Shown: piece after piece, positions 47,656-60,190 of the stretch
Layout of the letters: every line of letters starts with the position of its first letter
How positions within the stretch are numbered: position 1 is the stretch's first letter
From: Chara braunii
Taxonomy: Eukaryota > Plantae > Charophyceae
Reading direction: 5' to 3'
Assembly: GCA_003427395.1 (NCBI GenBank)
Contig: BFEA01000001.1
Span: 12,823,012 to 12,887,011 of the forward strand
Length of the DNA stretch: 64,000 nt
The notes under the pieces: model-generated
Seen by the model: only the letters and a program-made list of their open reading frames with translations
What the model was told of the DNA's origin: nothing
The model's database searches: none
Translations under genes and position numbers: made by a program

Positions 47656-48790
47656 TCAATTGGGAATGAGGAAGAAGTTCGTCGGTTGATAGTCCACTCG
47701 AAAGTGAGATTGCGGTAGGCGTTCCCACCGGCACTCAGTTGTTGGCCAAGGTTGCCACTGCAGGGAGGCATTGTCGTCCAGGCTACAAAGCCTGTTTCGT
47801 TTGTCGATCCATGTTAGGATGAAGTTATCCGTCAGTTCCTTTCTTTTGGTTGCCTCAAGTTCTGACTTTAGTATTTCCCGCAGTTCTTTGTGGGTTTGCT
47901 GAGTCTTGATTGTAATGGTATCTATTATTGCCATTCGTGCCTGCATAAGTCCGAACGTGAGTTGGTCCCTTTGGAACGAGCATCGCATCCTCCAGGCCTA
48001 CATAAGGACTGTCAGCCTGGTATAGGAGAAAAAATTAGACATGAAAGGTGTTCATGCGTTTCTGGCCTGGGAAAGGTTCCCTAATAGTAGGGAGAGGGTG
48101 TCCCAAGGCAGATGCTCATCCGTGAGGTAGTGCCAAGCAGCATCCCACCAACTACACAGCTGGGAGACCATCGGGCATTCGAGCAAACAGTGCTCGAGGG
48201 TAGCCCTCTTCCTGGGGTACGAGCGGGTACAGTATGAGCATATAGGGGAGAGCGTCCCCTTCTCCTCAAGGTCAGTCCTAGCAGTTAACCAATCCGGCAT
48301 CGGCAAGCATCTGTGAATGAGCTGCCACTGTTAAGCTTTATGGTTTGTCGGTTTGATGTTTGCATAGGAGGATCATTTGAGGTCTTGAAGGTCTTGTCTT
48401 GTAAGAGGGGAGTCTCTCTCCCATCTCCTTAAAATGTTGTCCATGACCGGGACGTGCTTGCGGCCTATCCTATATCCCTTTTTGACGGTGTACTGCCAAA
48501 AGGGCATGGCCGCATGGGGTGTGAGACCCGCTCTCTCCATTTCCATTTTGTTGGGTCAAAGGGCAATAGGAGAAGAGGGGTGGATGGTTCATATAAGAAA
48601 AGGTCATCCTTCGGATCATCCACCACTCTCATTCTAACAAGCAGGGGCAGTGGGCAGGACTTGTCCAGGTCCTCAGATTTCCGCAGTTTGGACCATCGCT
48701 CTCCTGGGTTCTTTGGACAGTATGCCCGTTGTCACGCTCGGTTGTCCCATACCCAGACGCAAGGTAATTCTTGTGTCGGACCTCACGGTC
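47656..48790 (-). pseudogene. Degenerate LINE ORF2 3' fragment (third subfamily)
   Basis: ICSYC...TLEHCLLECP zinc finger and Trp-rich C-terminus. Confidence 0.7.
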
Positions 48791-50246
48791 GTGTCACACA
48801 GGAGTCTTAGGTCATCTTAGCAAAACACCACCCCGACCGTGCGAGCGTGCTATACCTCTCGCGAATCCCTACGACAGGTTATAGATCCCGTGAGGTACAA
48901 CTTACCTCCACCCACGGCAGTTGCCACTATCCCTTAGGTGGGCGTATCCCTGTTGAGCTACCGACCCACGTGCGAAGGTTTTTTAAATACAATCACAGAG
49001 GTAGGTCAACCGATGGCGTTTTCTCGATCGCCGTAGCATAGGCATACACGCGGTAGAACGTCTTAAGACTGACCCATATATCGTACCCCGCGGTGCTAAC
49101 TCCCTCGGACCGACTATCTTATCAAGTCGACTTTTCCAGACAGTCTTTCACGCTTAGCTAACTATGATAATGAAAGTTATTTTCCTTTGTTGACCATACG
49201 AGAAATGTCAAGTCTAAGCCCTTTCTGTAATTTTTAACAAAAATACTGGACAATAACTTTCTAACCATGTTCATAGGTATATATATATAGATATGTAGAT
49301 AGATAAGGGGAGCGAATGAGCGATAGACCTCACTTTCGCAACTGTGGTACCCTGTGTCCGAATATCCCAGATGATTTTCAAAGTTTAGAAAGACAGTTCA
49401 CGGACCAACACCTGTGCCAATGCAAACCACATACATGCATACAGATGCAACACAAAATGCGCTACAAACGTCAACTTTTAGCCCAATCATAGCAAGTCCC
49501 TCACTACCCCAAATCCGAAACAGCACCCGTTCTTACTCCTGACTCAATCGCCTCCGCCCCTTACGTTTCAAAAGACCTTCGAGAGTGACCAGGACAATTC
49601 AGGCTTAGATGCAGGGGAAAGATTTATCTGTCGCTTTTCTGGCTTTATCTTAGGTGTGGGTATCAAGCCATGTGGAGGTTGTGTCGGAATTCTACCGACC
49701 TTTTATCCAATGATAACAAAATTATAATCTCTTACGGTATTTCCGTACTTCTCTCCAAGGGCGATAACCTGTAGACACAACACAGCCCGAAAGAAAGCTT
49801 AACACCCGTTTACCGGGGTCTTAAAGGATTGGTCCATGACCCAAAGGTCAACGCGTATTGGTGACCCCCTTGTTTGACTTTTATCCCTTACCAAACTGCC
49901 AGGATATTGCCTTGCTGATCTAGGTAACGAATATGGTTCATTCCCAGCTCCCTCGACCAAACGACCGTACATAGCTTTCCCTTTTTTAGGTCGTTTACAA
50001 TCATCATATCTTAGTATAAGCAATACCATCAATTCACTTAAGAGAGGAATCATATGATAGAGATCAAATCGAAGTTTTAAAGACGATAAGTCTCTCAGGT
50101 CCAAGATCTCACTTATTCTCCCCTTACTAGAATCTGATGTAGCAAGTTAGTGATGGATTGGATCATTCATATGGAAGCAGATACCCGTTGGTAGACTGAT
50201 CAGGATATACTTATCCTTTATTAGTGTCCGCTTTTGAGGGCAGACG

Positions 50247-51128
50247 GTGGTAAGGCAGGCTTCTCGGAGCCTAGCTCCTCTTACCACGTTAATTATTGTT
50301 ACTATAGTGGTAAGGTAAACTTCTTGGAGCTTCGCTCACTCTTACCACATTATCATATCATTGTGGTAATAAGGCAGACTTATCGGAGTCTCGCTTACTC
50401 TTATCACCTGTTCTTTGTTATTATAATGGTAAGGCAGATTTCTCGGAGTCTCGCTCACTCTTACCACATTATCATATCGTTGTGGTGATAAGGCAGACTT
50501 CTCGGAGCCTCGCTTACTCTTATCACTTGTTCTTTGTTATTATANNNNNNNNNNNNNNNNNNNNNNNNNNNNNNNNNNNNNNNNNNNNNNNNNNNNNNNN
50601 NNNNGTTCTTTGTTATTATAGTGGTAAGGCAGACTTTTCGAAACCTCGCTCACTCTTACCACATTATCATATCGTTGTGGTGATAAGGCAGACTTCTCGT
50701 AGCCTCCCTTACTCTTATCACATGTTCTTTGCTATTATAGTGGTAAGGCACGCTTCTCGGAGCCTCGCTCACTCTTACCGCATTATCATATCGTTGTGGT
50801 GATAAGGCAGGCTTCTCGGAGTCTCGCTTACTCTTATCACCTGTTTTTTGTTATTATAGTGGTAAGGCAGACTTCTCGGAACCTCGCTCACTCTTACCAC
50901 ATTATCATATCGTTGTGGTAATAAGGCAAGCTTCTCGGAGCCTCGCTTACTCTTATCACTTGTTCTTTGTTATTATNNNNNNNNNNNNNNNNNNNNNNNN
51001 NNNNNNNNNNNNNNNNNNNNNTTGTGGTGATAAGGCAGGCTTCTCGGAGTCTCGCTTACTCTTATCACATGTTCTTTGTTATTATAGTGGTAAGGCAGGC
51101 TTCTCGGAGCCTCGCTTACTCTTATCAC
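50247..51128. repeat. Tandem array of alternating ~59-bp units (period ~118 bp), each a stem-loop; contains two N gaps
   Basis: gtggtaag-gcagacttctcggagcctcgc-tcact-cttaccac alternates with gtgataag-...-cttatcac. Confidence 0.92.
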
Positions 51129-51710
51129 CTCTTTGTCGCCCCCCCTTGAGCCCTGGAACGTCCGGAAGCCTTTAAGATCACGCGGGTAGGTCACACGAGA
51201 CTTGTACCTCATGTCTCAAAATCTTCTGCCCGATCCCCGGCTGGGTTAGCTTGGACTTTTGAAAATACGTAGGCATAGGTCAGTCATAGGGTAAGGGTTC
51301 GTTGAGGTAATCCATCATTTCAATATCCGGTCATATCGTGCATAAGTTCTGCAATAACAAGCTATTCGTGAAAAGTGGACCAAGAAAAAAATCCAGTTTG
51401 TCAAAGTCCGCAATGTTTTACATAGAAAACTATTTTTGGTCAAACGCAATGTGACTCGAGGCTCATATGTCACCACAACTTTGAGGAAAACCTAGTTTTA
51501 GCAAAATGGAAAAACTTGTTGAAAAAAAAAAAAAAAAAAAAGGTTTTTATAGAAAATTTGAGGATAGCCACTGTTGTGGTTATAAGAAGAGGTATTCCCA
51601 ATGGAACTGCGAAGACAATGAAACAGGAAAAGGACCTCGGGTGCAGGGGCCCCTGCATGCATAGGGAGGGGTACATGCATAGAGGTCCTCCTATATATAT
51701 AGGGGGCCCA

Positions 51711-52475
51711 CTATATGCATTTAGGGCCGCTTACATGGGGGCCCACAGGGGGGCCCTGCAAGGACCCCCGCACTCCTCCTCTCTTGTCCTTGGGAAAAGT
51801 CCTAGGCCTGCTCCTTAAATTTCTTAAGGGTGCATACTCTTCCCCTTTTCCTTCCTGATCCTTTCTCTCCAATTCATCCTTCTCCTTTCCAATCCACAAT
51901 CCCTTCTCTTGTAGCCTTTCCTTTCTTATCTGATTTTGCCTCAGCAAAGTATATGCAACCTGCAGTTTTATCATTATTCCCTGCTAAGTGCAAGTCTCTT
52001 CCACAATCCCCTTCACTTCCTCGCTCTCACTCCCCTCTGTTCTCTCAATCAACCTCTTTCGTTTTTCCTCATCATTCCATCCCCCTTTCTCTGCAGACAA
52101 CTGCAGGCTGTCTACAAAGTCATCCAGATTCGTCCCATCAAATGTTAGGTTATCCTCAATCTCATCCCTGGGAAAATCCCCAATGAGCTGCCACAATCTT
52201 ACTACGCAGGTCTTCCACCTCAAGCACCCGGCTGCCACTTCTTCAATCTTTTTCTTATATGCTCCCATTCCAGTCACTTTTGAAAGCTTCAACTTGTCAT
52301 CCCACTCTCTCCTAAAGGCATACTCCTCAAAATCCCTCAAGAATATACGCAAGTTATCCCCTGCCCTGTAGACTGGTAATTCCTCCAGGTTCCTTGAGAT
52401 TCCTTGATCCCTCCTCTGCCCTCCCTTTCTCAAGGTTGGTCCAGAGGGACCTGCCATCCTTCCTCTCTGGGCCAC
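51711..52475 (-). pseudogene. Extra gag/capsid-like ORF downstream of family D integrase
   Basis: two similar modules, LPVYRAGDNLRIFLRDFEEYAFRREWDD and LTFDGTNLDDFVDSLQLSAEKGGWNDEEK; one in-frame stop at ~51984. Confidence 0.5.
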
Positions 52476-52607
52476 AACCGCTCCTCCTCAAGGGTCAAGC
52501 CTGCACATAGAGAGGAAGCAATGACAGGTGTCATGATCAGTCATCATCATCAAGGCAACATTTTTCATCATCAATATAAGTTTGACAAGATATCCCTTAT
52601 CTGAACT

Positions 52608-52742
52608 CATACGCATGTATGTATATATATATATGTATATATATATGTATACATATGTATATATATAGCCATATCCATCATGATACATACATATATGTAT
52701 ATATATACATACATATACACATATATATACATACGCATACAG

Positions 52743-52794
<52 letters not shown>

Positions 52795-52800
52795 GCACAT
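52608..52800. repeat. (TA)n-rich microsatellite
   Basis: visible TA/TACA runs. Confidence 0.9.
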
Positions 52801-52859
52801 CCCTGCTCACTTAAGTTCGTTCTATCAATCGGGGCTCACCTCTTCTCTCATTTTGAATT

Positions 52860-55800
52860 TCTTCTGCCTCGACCCCGAAACTCAATCTTCCCTTGGAGTC
52901 TCATCCATCTCTTCCAATTCATAGGCCCCATGAAGTCCTTGTTTCCTGACTCTGAAAGGCCCAAGCCAACGCTTGTTCAACTTTCACGACCACTGCATTT
53001 CCAAAGAATAGTCATAGAGCAATACCACGTCGCCAACTTGCAATGGTTCGACCCTCACTCTAGGGAGTTTGTCCCATCTTTCTTTATCCCTTCCACGGTT
53101 GTCTGCTACCTTCACAGCCGCTTCCTGAATTCTTTCTTCTGTGGCGCTGATCTGCCTTGCCCTGAGGTCCAGCAACTTTTCAAGCATCAAATCATTCTCC
53201 AAGTCCTGTCTGCGCCATGTTTTCAGTAAACTCTCTATTGGAAATGTGGCGTGCCGACCATACCAGAGGGTTGCAGGCGCATACCCCGTTGTTCTTCTGA
53301 CAGTGATATTTTCCACAAAGAATACCGTTCTCAGAAATCTAGGCCAAAGATTCGGCTTCCCATTAGTCCACTTGGCTAGCAAGTTTGTAATGGTACTATG
53401 ACCCCTTTCAACCGGCGCATTTGCCTGTGAGTGAGCCCGAGTTGTGTAGTTACCCATTACTCCCAGTTCTTTCAGCAGTCCTTTCACTTCCCCACACGTA
53501 AACTCAGACCCCCTGTCCATTGTGAACTCTAATACGAACGGATACCTGAGATAGTATTTTTTAATGCACTATGTCAGTGTTGCCCCAATCTTGTTCTTAA
53601 TGGCTCTGCCATCAACAAACCCGATGAGATTGTCATTTGGGTCAAATATATAGTTATACCCGCCGAGTCCTAGTGGCATGACCGATAGGATGCAGAGGCT
53701 CTTTGTACTTAACAGGTGATCATACTTGACAGGGTACACATGACTCACAGTATTTACGAGTCATTTCAAACATTCCTTCCCAATAATAGAGTTTCATCGC
53801 CTTCTTGTAAGTCGCTGCGAAACTTCGATGTTCCCCAACTATCCCGTCATGCAATGCGGCCACGACATTAATCTGACGATTCTGCCCACATGCCACTCGC
53901 CGTGGTGGCCCCCTCTTGTCTCTGATGAATAAATGACCACCTCTTACTACGTAATGATCTCTCATCCGGGGAGTCTTCTCACTAACTTCTTTTTTTTTTT
54001 TATCTCATGAAAGAAGTAACCCCATCTCCAAGTAGAATCCATCATACTCTTCTTTTCGGAATTCTTCCGGAATCTCTCCTTGCTCAAATTCCTTCTCTTT
54101 CTCTTCATCAAACTCGTAATCGTCTCCGATTACTATTTCATCTGCCTTTACCATTCTCTCCTTATCATTAGACTGGACTCGTAGGACGGAATTCGTCAAG
54201 TAGTACATTCTTCCCATCATAGCTACTTGCTCGTCTGCTTGTTGGGTTCCAGCTTCAATCGTTTGCGGTTCATTCATCATCATATAGTTCTCAGCTAAGT
54301 CCGGTTCCATCATCCATTCTGCATTCTCCTCTCCCCATGAGTCCTCCTCTACTCTGGAGTAAGTATTAAAGTAGGCTCCCTCATAAACTCAGGAGGCGGA
54401 TGCCACATTGGATTTCCTCTCCTCATTGCCTTACTTTCAACGAACATAGCCCAACAGTTGACATGAGTGCGCATATCATGTCCTTCCTAAAAAAATCCAT
54501 CTACCGGAGGTGCCTCCTCTCCAGACCCTAATTGATCTTCTTATTCAATTTTACTCATGCCATCGGCCCTATTCCTGTTTTATGGGATACGTTCTAGCTG
54601 AAAATCGAACATCCAGATATAGGTAAGCCATCTGACTATGGTCGGGTCTGAGGGCGAAAAGTTCTTGAGGGAATATATAAGCGTCGTTGGGTCAATCCTG
54701 AGGATAAACCTTCTCCCAAAGAGGTAGTGCCTGAAGATTCTTAGGCAATGCAGGACTGCCAAGACTTCTTTTTTGAACTGTGAGTAATTATGCTCCGTCG
54801 AATTGAGTGTCCGACTTTCGAACCTTAGCGGTCTTTCCTTTCCGCTATGGTCTACCTGGAGGCTGGATCAAAACGCCTCCCAAGGCGGTTGGCCCAGCAT
54901 CGGTTTCAACTATGAAAGGCCGCTCCATAGTTGCATCAAAATTAGGCACTCCCAATACTAAACCTCCTTCCCTGAATTCCTTCGTCAATTCCTCTACCAC
55001 TTCTTCTTTACGGTCTCCCCATTGCGAGTCCTAATCTTTTCGTACTAGCTTCCTCAGATGCTCTGTCTTTGTGGCAAATCTTTCTATGAACCTCCTACAG
55101 AATCCATAGGTTTCAAGGAAGCTACAGACTTCTGCAACATTCTTGAAGGGAATAGGTCATTCTAGGATTTTGTTAGTCTTTTTACCATCAGGTCGTCGAC
55201 CGTGTTCGTTGCATATGTATCCTAGGATGGTTACTTCCTTCACATGATGTCTTGATTTTACGCCACTGGAAGTGAGGTTGTATTCTTCTAAGAGAGATAA
55301 AACTTTTCTTAACCCTTGGACGTGCTCCCATACGAATCTTCTTATCCCAGGAGCTATTTCTGATTCGTCCTTCTCAATAGGTCTCTTGACGGCAAGATCA
55401 TTGATGTATGACTCGATAATTTGAGGACTGATTGGCTGTATTACTTTGATCGTGCTGCGTTGCACCATGGCCACAACGTTGGTCCGCCCTTGGGGTGCAA
55501 CATTCATATGGACTAACCCTCTAGGCGTGTGCATCGCCGTTATAGGACGATCCGCAGGATAGACCGAAAATTTATCATACCCCGAGTAGAGATCAATAAG
55601 GGATACAATCGATCTCCCTGCGCAGGACTCTGACAAATTGAATTGATCAGCATTAGGCAATCCCCCAGCGTCTCTCACGGTCACCGCATTTAACCGTTGG
55701 AGGTCTTATACCCATCTGAGCACCCTATTTGGTTTTACAAAGCAAAACCAAGGAGAAGCATATGGTCTGCAAGAATATCCCGCTACATTCGTACAAATCT

Positions 55801-56934
55801 TCCCATCTAGGTATTCCACCACCTTTCTACGATCTTTTAAATTGAGATACTTAGCTCCCCGAACATTCCACGGTTCATGAGGCACAGTATGAATACGGAT
55901 CATTTCAATTTTGTCAACGTCTAACGTTCCGCGTTGGTCATCATTGAAAGTATATGCTTCATGCTTCTCAAGTATCAGATCCTTTACCAAAGCCTCTTTT
56001 TGCTGCGTGAGGAAACAGGGTTCGCCTATTATCAAATCCTTCTCAGTTTCCTTATTGATGCGACAAAGCCCGTTCTTAGTACACTCTCTCATCTGTCGTA
56101 TCAACTTTCTCTCCTGCTCGTAAAACACCCCTTCTTCCTGACTTACCAGCACAGGTACCGGATGACTTTTCTTGTCTACCGTCTTGTACCGCCTTTAAGA
56201 GCCCTGCTTGAGCCCGCCCCTAAGATGTTGGCCGACAGCTTGTGCATTTGGCATATGTGGCCCCATCATTTGAGGAGGAGGAGGTCGGTAAACAAGAACG
56301 ACTCTCCCTCTTTCTTGATCTTCCTGGATCTTTTTCGCAAGCGCTCTGACGGCAACAGGGTCCGCCATCCTCCAGGCAGATACCAACTTGATTGCGTCAC
56401 TAATACTTGACAGGCTCAATACGAGTCCACTCGCTTCTTCATTGTCTGATTCTTCTTTTTCCTCCCATTCTAGTTCTTTTCGCCTATTCTCTGACTCTTC
56501 AAACGTGTAAGATCCCACGTTGAGTCGGTTCTTCGAGCTGTGGGGCCCGTTATTTCTACAAGTGATTACCTCAAAATTCCCACAGGTGGGATCACACAAG
56601 ATAACAAACATGTTGTCATCATGTTTGTTCATAATGAGCAACTCGGACCTGCACAAGAAGGATCTGCCTAGCAAAACCGGGAGGTCCAAACTTGGCATAA
56701 TGTAGAAGCACGTACGCACCTTCACCCTTCTTATCTCTATTACAACATTAGAAGCAACCCCATGTACCCGGTTTTGCCACTAGCTCCACTGAGGAATCCG
56801 CAATCGTTTTTATCAACTTCCAACCCCAATCTCTCCGCAGTTTCTCCGTTTATGATATTTATTTCTGCCCCCGTATCAACCATGCATGGACACATCTTTC
56901 CTTTTATCATAACATCTATGGACGCCGTCCCCAC
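52860..56934 (-). pseudogene. Family D pol remnants: protease, RT, RNase H, integrase
   Basis: MVDTGAEIN; YASPWFCFVKP, DLYSGYD, YIND; FGRRFILRIDP; HDGIVGEH...CESCVPC; MDRGSEF, ANAPVERGH. Confidence 0.88.
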
Positions 56935-57119
56935 GAACTTTCAGTCCATCTTACTCCCTGCAACGCTCCAGTTGGCTTCTTTGGGAATCAGGTCCCCTAT
57001 TCGAATTGTGACCACTCTTCTGCGTGATAGCGGAGCTTTTACTATTTACGTTAGCCTTGGCGCTAAAGCAAAAATCTCTCTTAGATTTAACAATTCATTG
57101 TAGTCTTCCAACAATTTAT

Positions 57120-59140
57120 TCACCAATCCTTCCAGGTCGACTCCTTCTTCGATCGAGGTCTCTGCTTGCTCGCTGTTTCATCATTCTTTGACTTCCCTTC
57201 CTTGACTCCTTTTTTCCTCCTCTTGGGAATAGTCTCCGCCTGCTTGTCTTCTTCTTCCCTGATTTTATCGCCTTCGTCCTCATTTCCTTCTATCGTGATT
57301 GGTGGTTCTTCCCCAGTCGGCTGGGAGGTCTGAGATTCCGGGTCCTTCACGCCCCATGGTAAATACTTTCGGATATCCAATCCCTTATCTTCCAACTTCT
57401 TCAAATATTCCACGAAGCCTTAGACGTAATCTTTGCATTTTATCCACCAGGTCCTCCATCCTATCAAACTTTTCTCTAACATTGATGCTAACATCCTCCT
57501 CTTCCGCGTCTTCTTCAACGAGGGGAATGTTCTCCTTGTTTTCTTTGAACCCCTTCTTGCTCATTTTCTCCTCTAATTTTGTTATATCTTCCACATGCAC
57601 AACAGGGTCCTCCTTCTCTTGCCAAATTCGAAACATTGTCGGAGTATTGGGGCCAAGTCCGGCCACCCGGAAGGCCTCTTCTCTCGTGCCGCCCAAAATG
57701 TCTGGATCGATCATTTTTCCTCTTTTGTCGAATATATCACCATCTATGTTCGAGGTTATAAGTCCATCACGTTCGTCTAGCTTCCTGACGTGACATCGTT
57801 TTACCGTGCGTCGTTGGATCCCACAGTGGGTACAAATGCACTCACTGTAATCTATCCATCCTCTACCGTACCCTTGTCCGTTCCATTGGCCGCTACCTCT
57901 ACCATACCCTGTGTCGTAGCTTTGATCGTATCCTCGACCATACCCTTGCTGGTATTCTTGTCCCACTTGATTGACACCCACTTGGGGCTGTACCCGATTT
58001 CCACCTTGACCTCCATTTCCTCTATTCCCTGCTCCTCGTTTTCCCGGTCCTTGATTCCATCCTATGTTCCTTCCTCTTCCACGTCCCTGTCCTTGTCCTT
58101 GTGACCGATTTTGGTTTTGACTGCCCTGGCGACTCGACCCTGGTTGATTTTTATTTGCTTGTTGGTTCTGCCCCGAGCCTTGTTTTCCTCCCATATTCTG
58201 GTTTTGCGGCATCATCGGATATGGTCCCTGCGCCGGCCATGGTCCCATCGGGAAATATCCGGATCCATGCACCCATTGGTGGTCCCATGGGCCATTGCCC
58301 AAACCGAGTCATGCTTGCCGATGGCTCTTGGCCATACTGGACTATCGCTTGTTGAGTAACCTGTCCTTTTCCCGAGCCTTGTTTCCCTATGACTACATTC
58401 CTAGCTTTTCTTTGACATTTTGTCAACTTGACTGCTTCCTCTGGATCTCCTTCTTCGATCTCGCCTTCTTCTTCGTTGTTTTCATTCTTCCTCTTCCCTG
58501 ATGCTTGCGCCACTGTTAACACCTTTGTTGGTGATACCCTCTCTCTAAGTTCCTTTATCTCGTTTGCCATGTTGCTCAATACTCCTCCTAATGCATTGTT
58601 CGTTCCTTTGACTGTTCCAACTGCCTTTCTCTTCCTTCGTTCCACTTTGACCTGGTGATGAAACACTTGATCTAAGTCCCCTACCGCGATGTTCCTCTTA
58701 ATAGTTTTCCAAGTCGTTTTCCTTCCCGCAGCTCCTCCTCGAGTCAATTCCATGGCCTCATACCCAGAGAATTTTCCCAGGAATATGACGCACTGCATTT
58801 CTTCGCACAACCCTAGGACCCTTTCGGTTGTCTTGTCAAAGGCATTCGCAAATGCCTCGATCGTGGTGAAATCGTCCCGGTTCATGTTATAAAGGTATTC
58901 CACTGTGAGCAGACCGTCCCCTAATAGAAACTTCCTTTGCATGTCTTTCTTAAATTCTGCCCAATCATCATTGGCCTTCCTTACAACTTCTTCCACGTCT
59001 GGCTTGCACTCCCACCATACATACTTGTACAGCTGAGTAAATTTCTCCGCTGAAGTCAACTGGTTGAAGATCTGTTCAAGTAACTCCAACCAGTGAGATA
59101 CTCTTTCTCCTTTGAACGGGAAGATATCTATTTTTGGCAA
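57120..59140 (-). pseudogene. Family D gag remnant
   Basis: IFPFKGERVSHWLE capsid-like start, Gln/Gly/RG-rich region and degenerate knuckle CTHCGIQRRTVKRC; upstream of protease. Confidence 0.75.
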
Positions 59141-59411
59141 GTTGGACCTTTTTATCGTTCTTTTTCTAGTAGCTTAACAATTTTTGCTGCGGTAATAGGC
59201 GGCGAACCCCCTCCATTGACCTCATCGTCACTCATCTTTCTCCCCTTTTCTTTTCTTCTCTTGTTAAACCGTAGACCCAGTTAAGACACACAAAACAACC
59301 ATTGACCCATCTTCCGTCACTGACTTGATATTCTCTTATTAAAACCCCTATCCTACCAGTTAACAAATCCTCTAAGACATGATTTTTTCCTTTTTAATTG
59401 TTTAGCTCGTC

Positions 59412-60190
59412 CTAAGGTACCCAATCCCCGTGCCAAAAATTTCTAACCATACCAAACAATGAGGGAATATCATCTAGAAAGACCTTGATACACACTTCCT
59501 TACAGAGTTTGCGCCAATACGTCAAACGATCTTCTAGATGATAGGTGCGTAGATACGCATTTACGATACATAGGACATTATAGAAGTCCCTTTTTGCCAG
59601 TTTCGGCCCCATCTCTAAGTACAAACAGTAAATGATATCAAACGCCTCAAACTCGAAACCCATCTCAGGCACTGATTGAGCGGCGAGTACTGCCCGTTCC
59701 ACATTCTCTATTCCCCAAAATGCCTCGTCAATTATAAAGTTGGGAAGGGTAGCTTTAACATTCATTGTTGGATAAGTGAATTCAGTCGCTCATTTTGCCT
59801 CAATCTATCGTATGACCTCTCCTTCTTCCCCCAGTATATCTTTCGTGAAAAGGTTTCAAGTACCAATCCTGCAGCTAGAATACACTTGGAAATCGGTCGA
59901 CTTTCTCCTATCGGAAGGTCAATCACCCGAGCCTTCTGAGGACAGTTGATAGGTATAAGGTCACCCTTACTATCGCACGCCTTTCCTCCGTAGTCCAACC
60001 AGTTTCTACCCAGAGAAAAACTTCGAATCCTATTGGTACTCCACACTATGTATCTATCTCTTCTCCTTCCTCCACCTCTCGCCGGGGTAGCGTTGTCGAG
60101 CGCATCGGCCCCCGCCTTTTCTCGCGAAGAGGCGGGAACCCTCCCGGCTATGTCATGCAAGAGTTTACCAAAAACATTATCAAGAGACAA
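59412..60190 (-). CDS. Two short ORFs upstream of family D gag (60190-59762 and 59765-59412), unknown function
   Basis: same strand as gag, ATGA overlap at 59765-59762, protein-like composition. Confidence 0.4.

Noticed and set aside
50247-51128. CRISPR-like appearance (palindromic ~40-bp repeats with spacers)
   Set aside because: The spacers are two alternating fixed sequences rather than unique ones; no cas genes; eukaryotic retroelement context.
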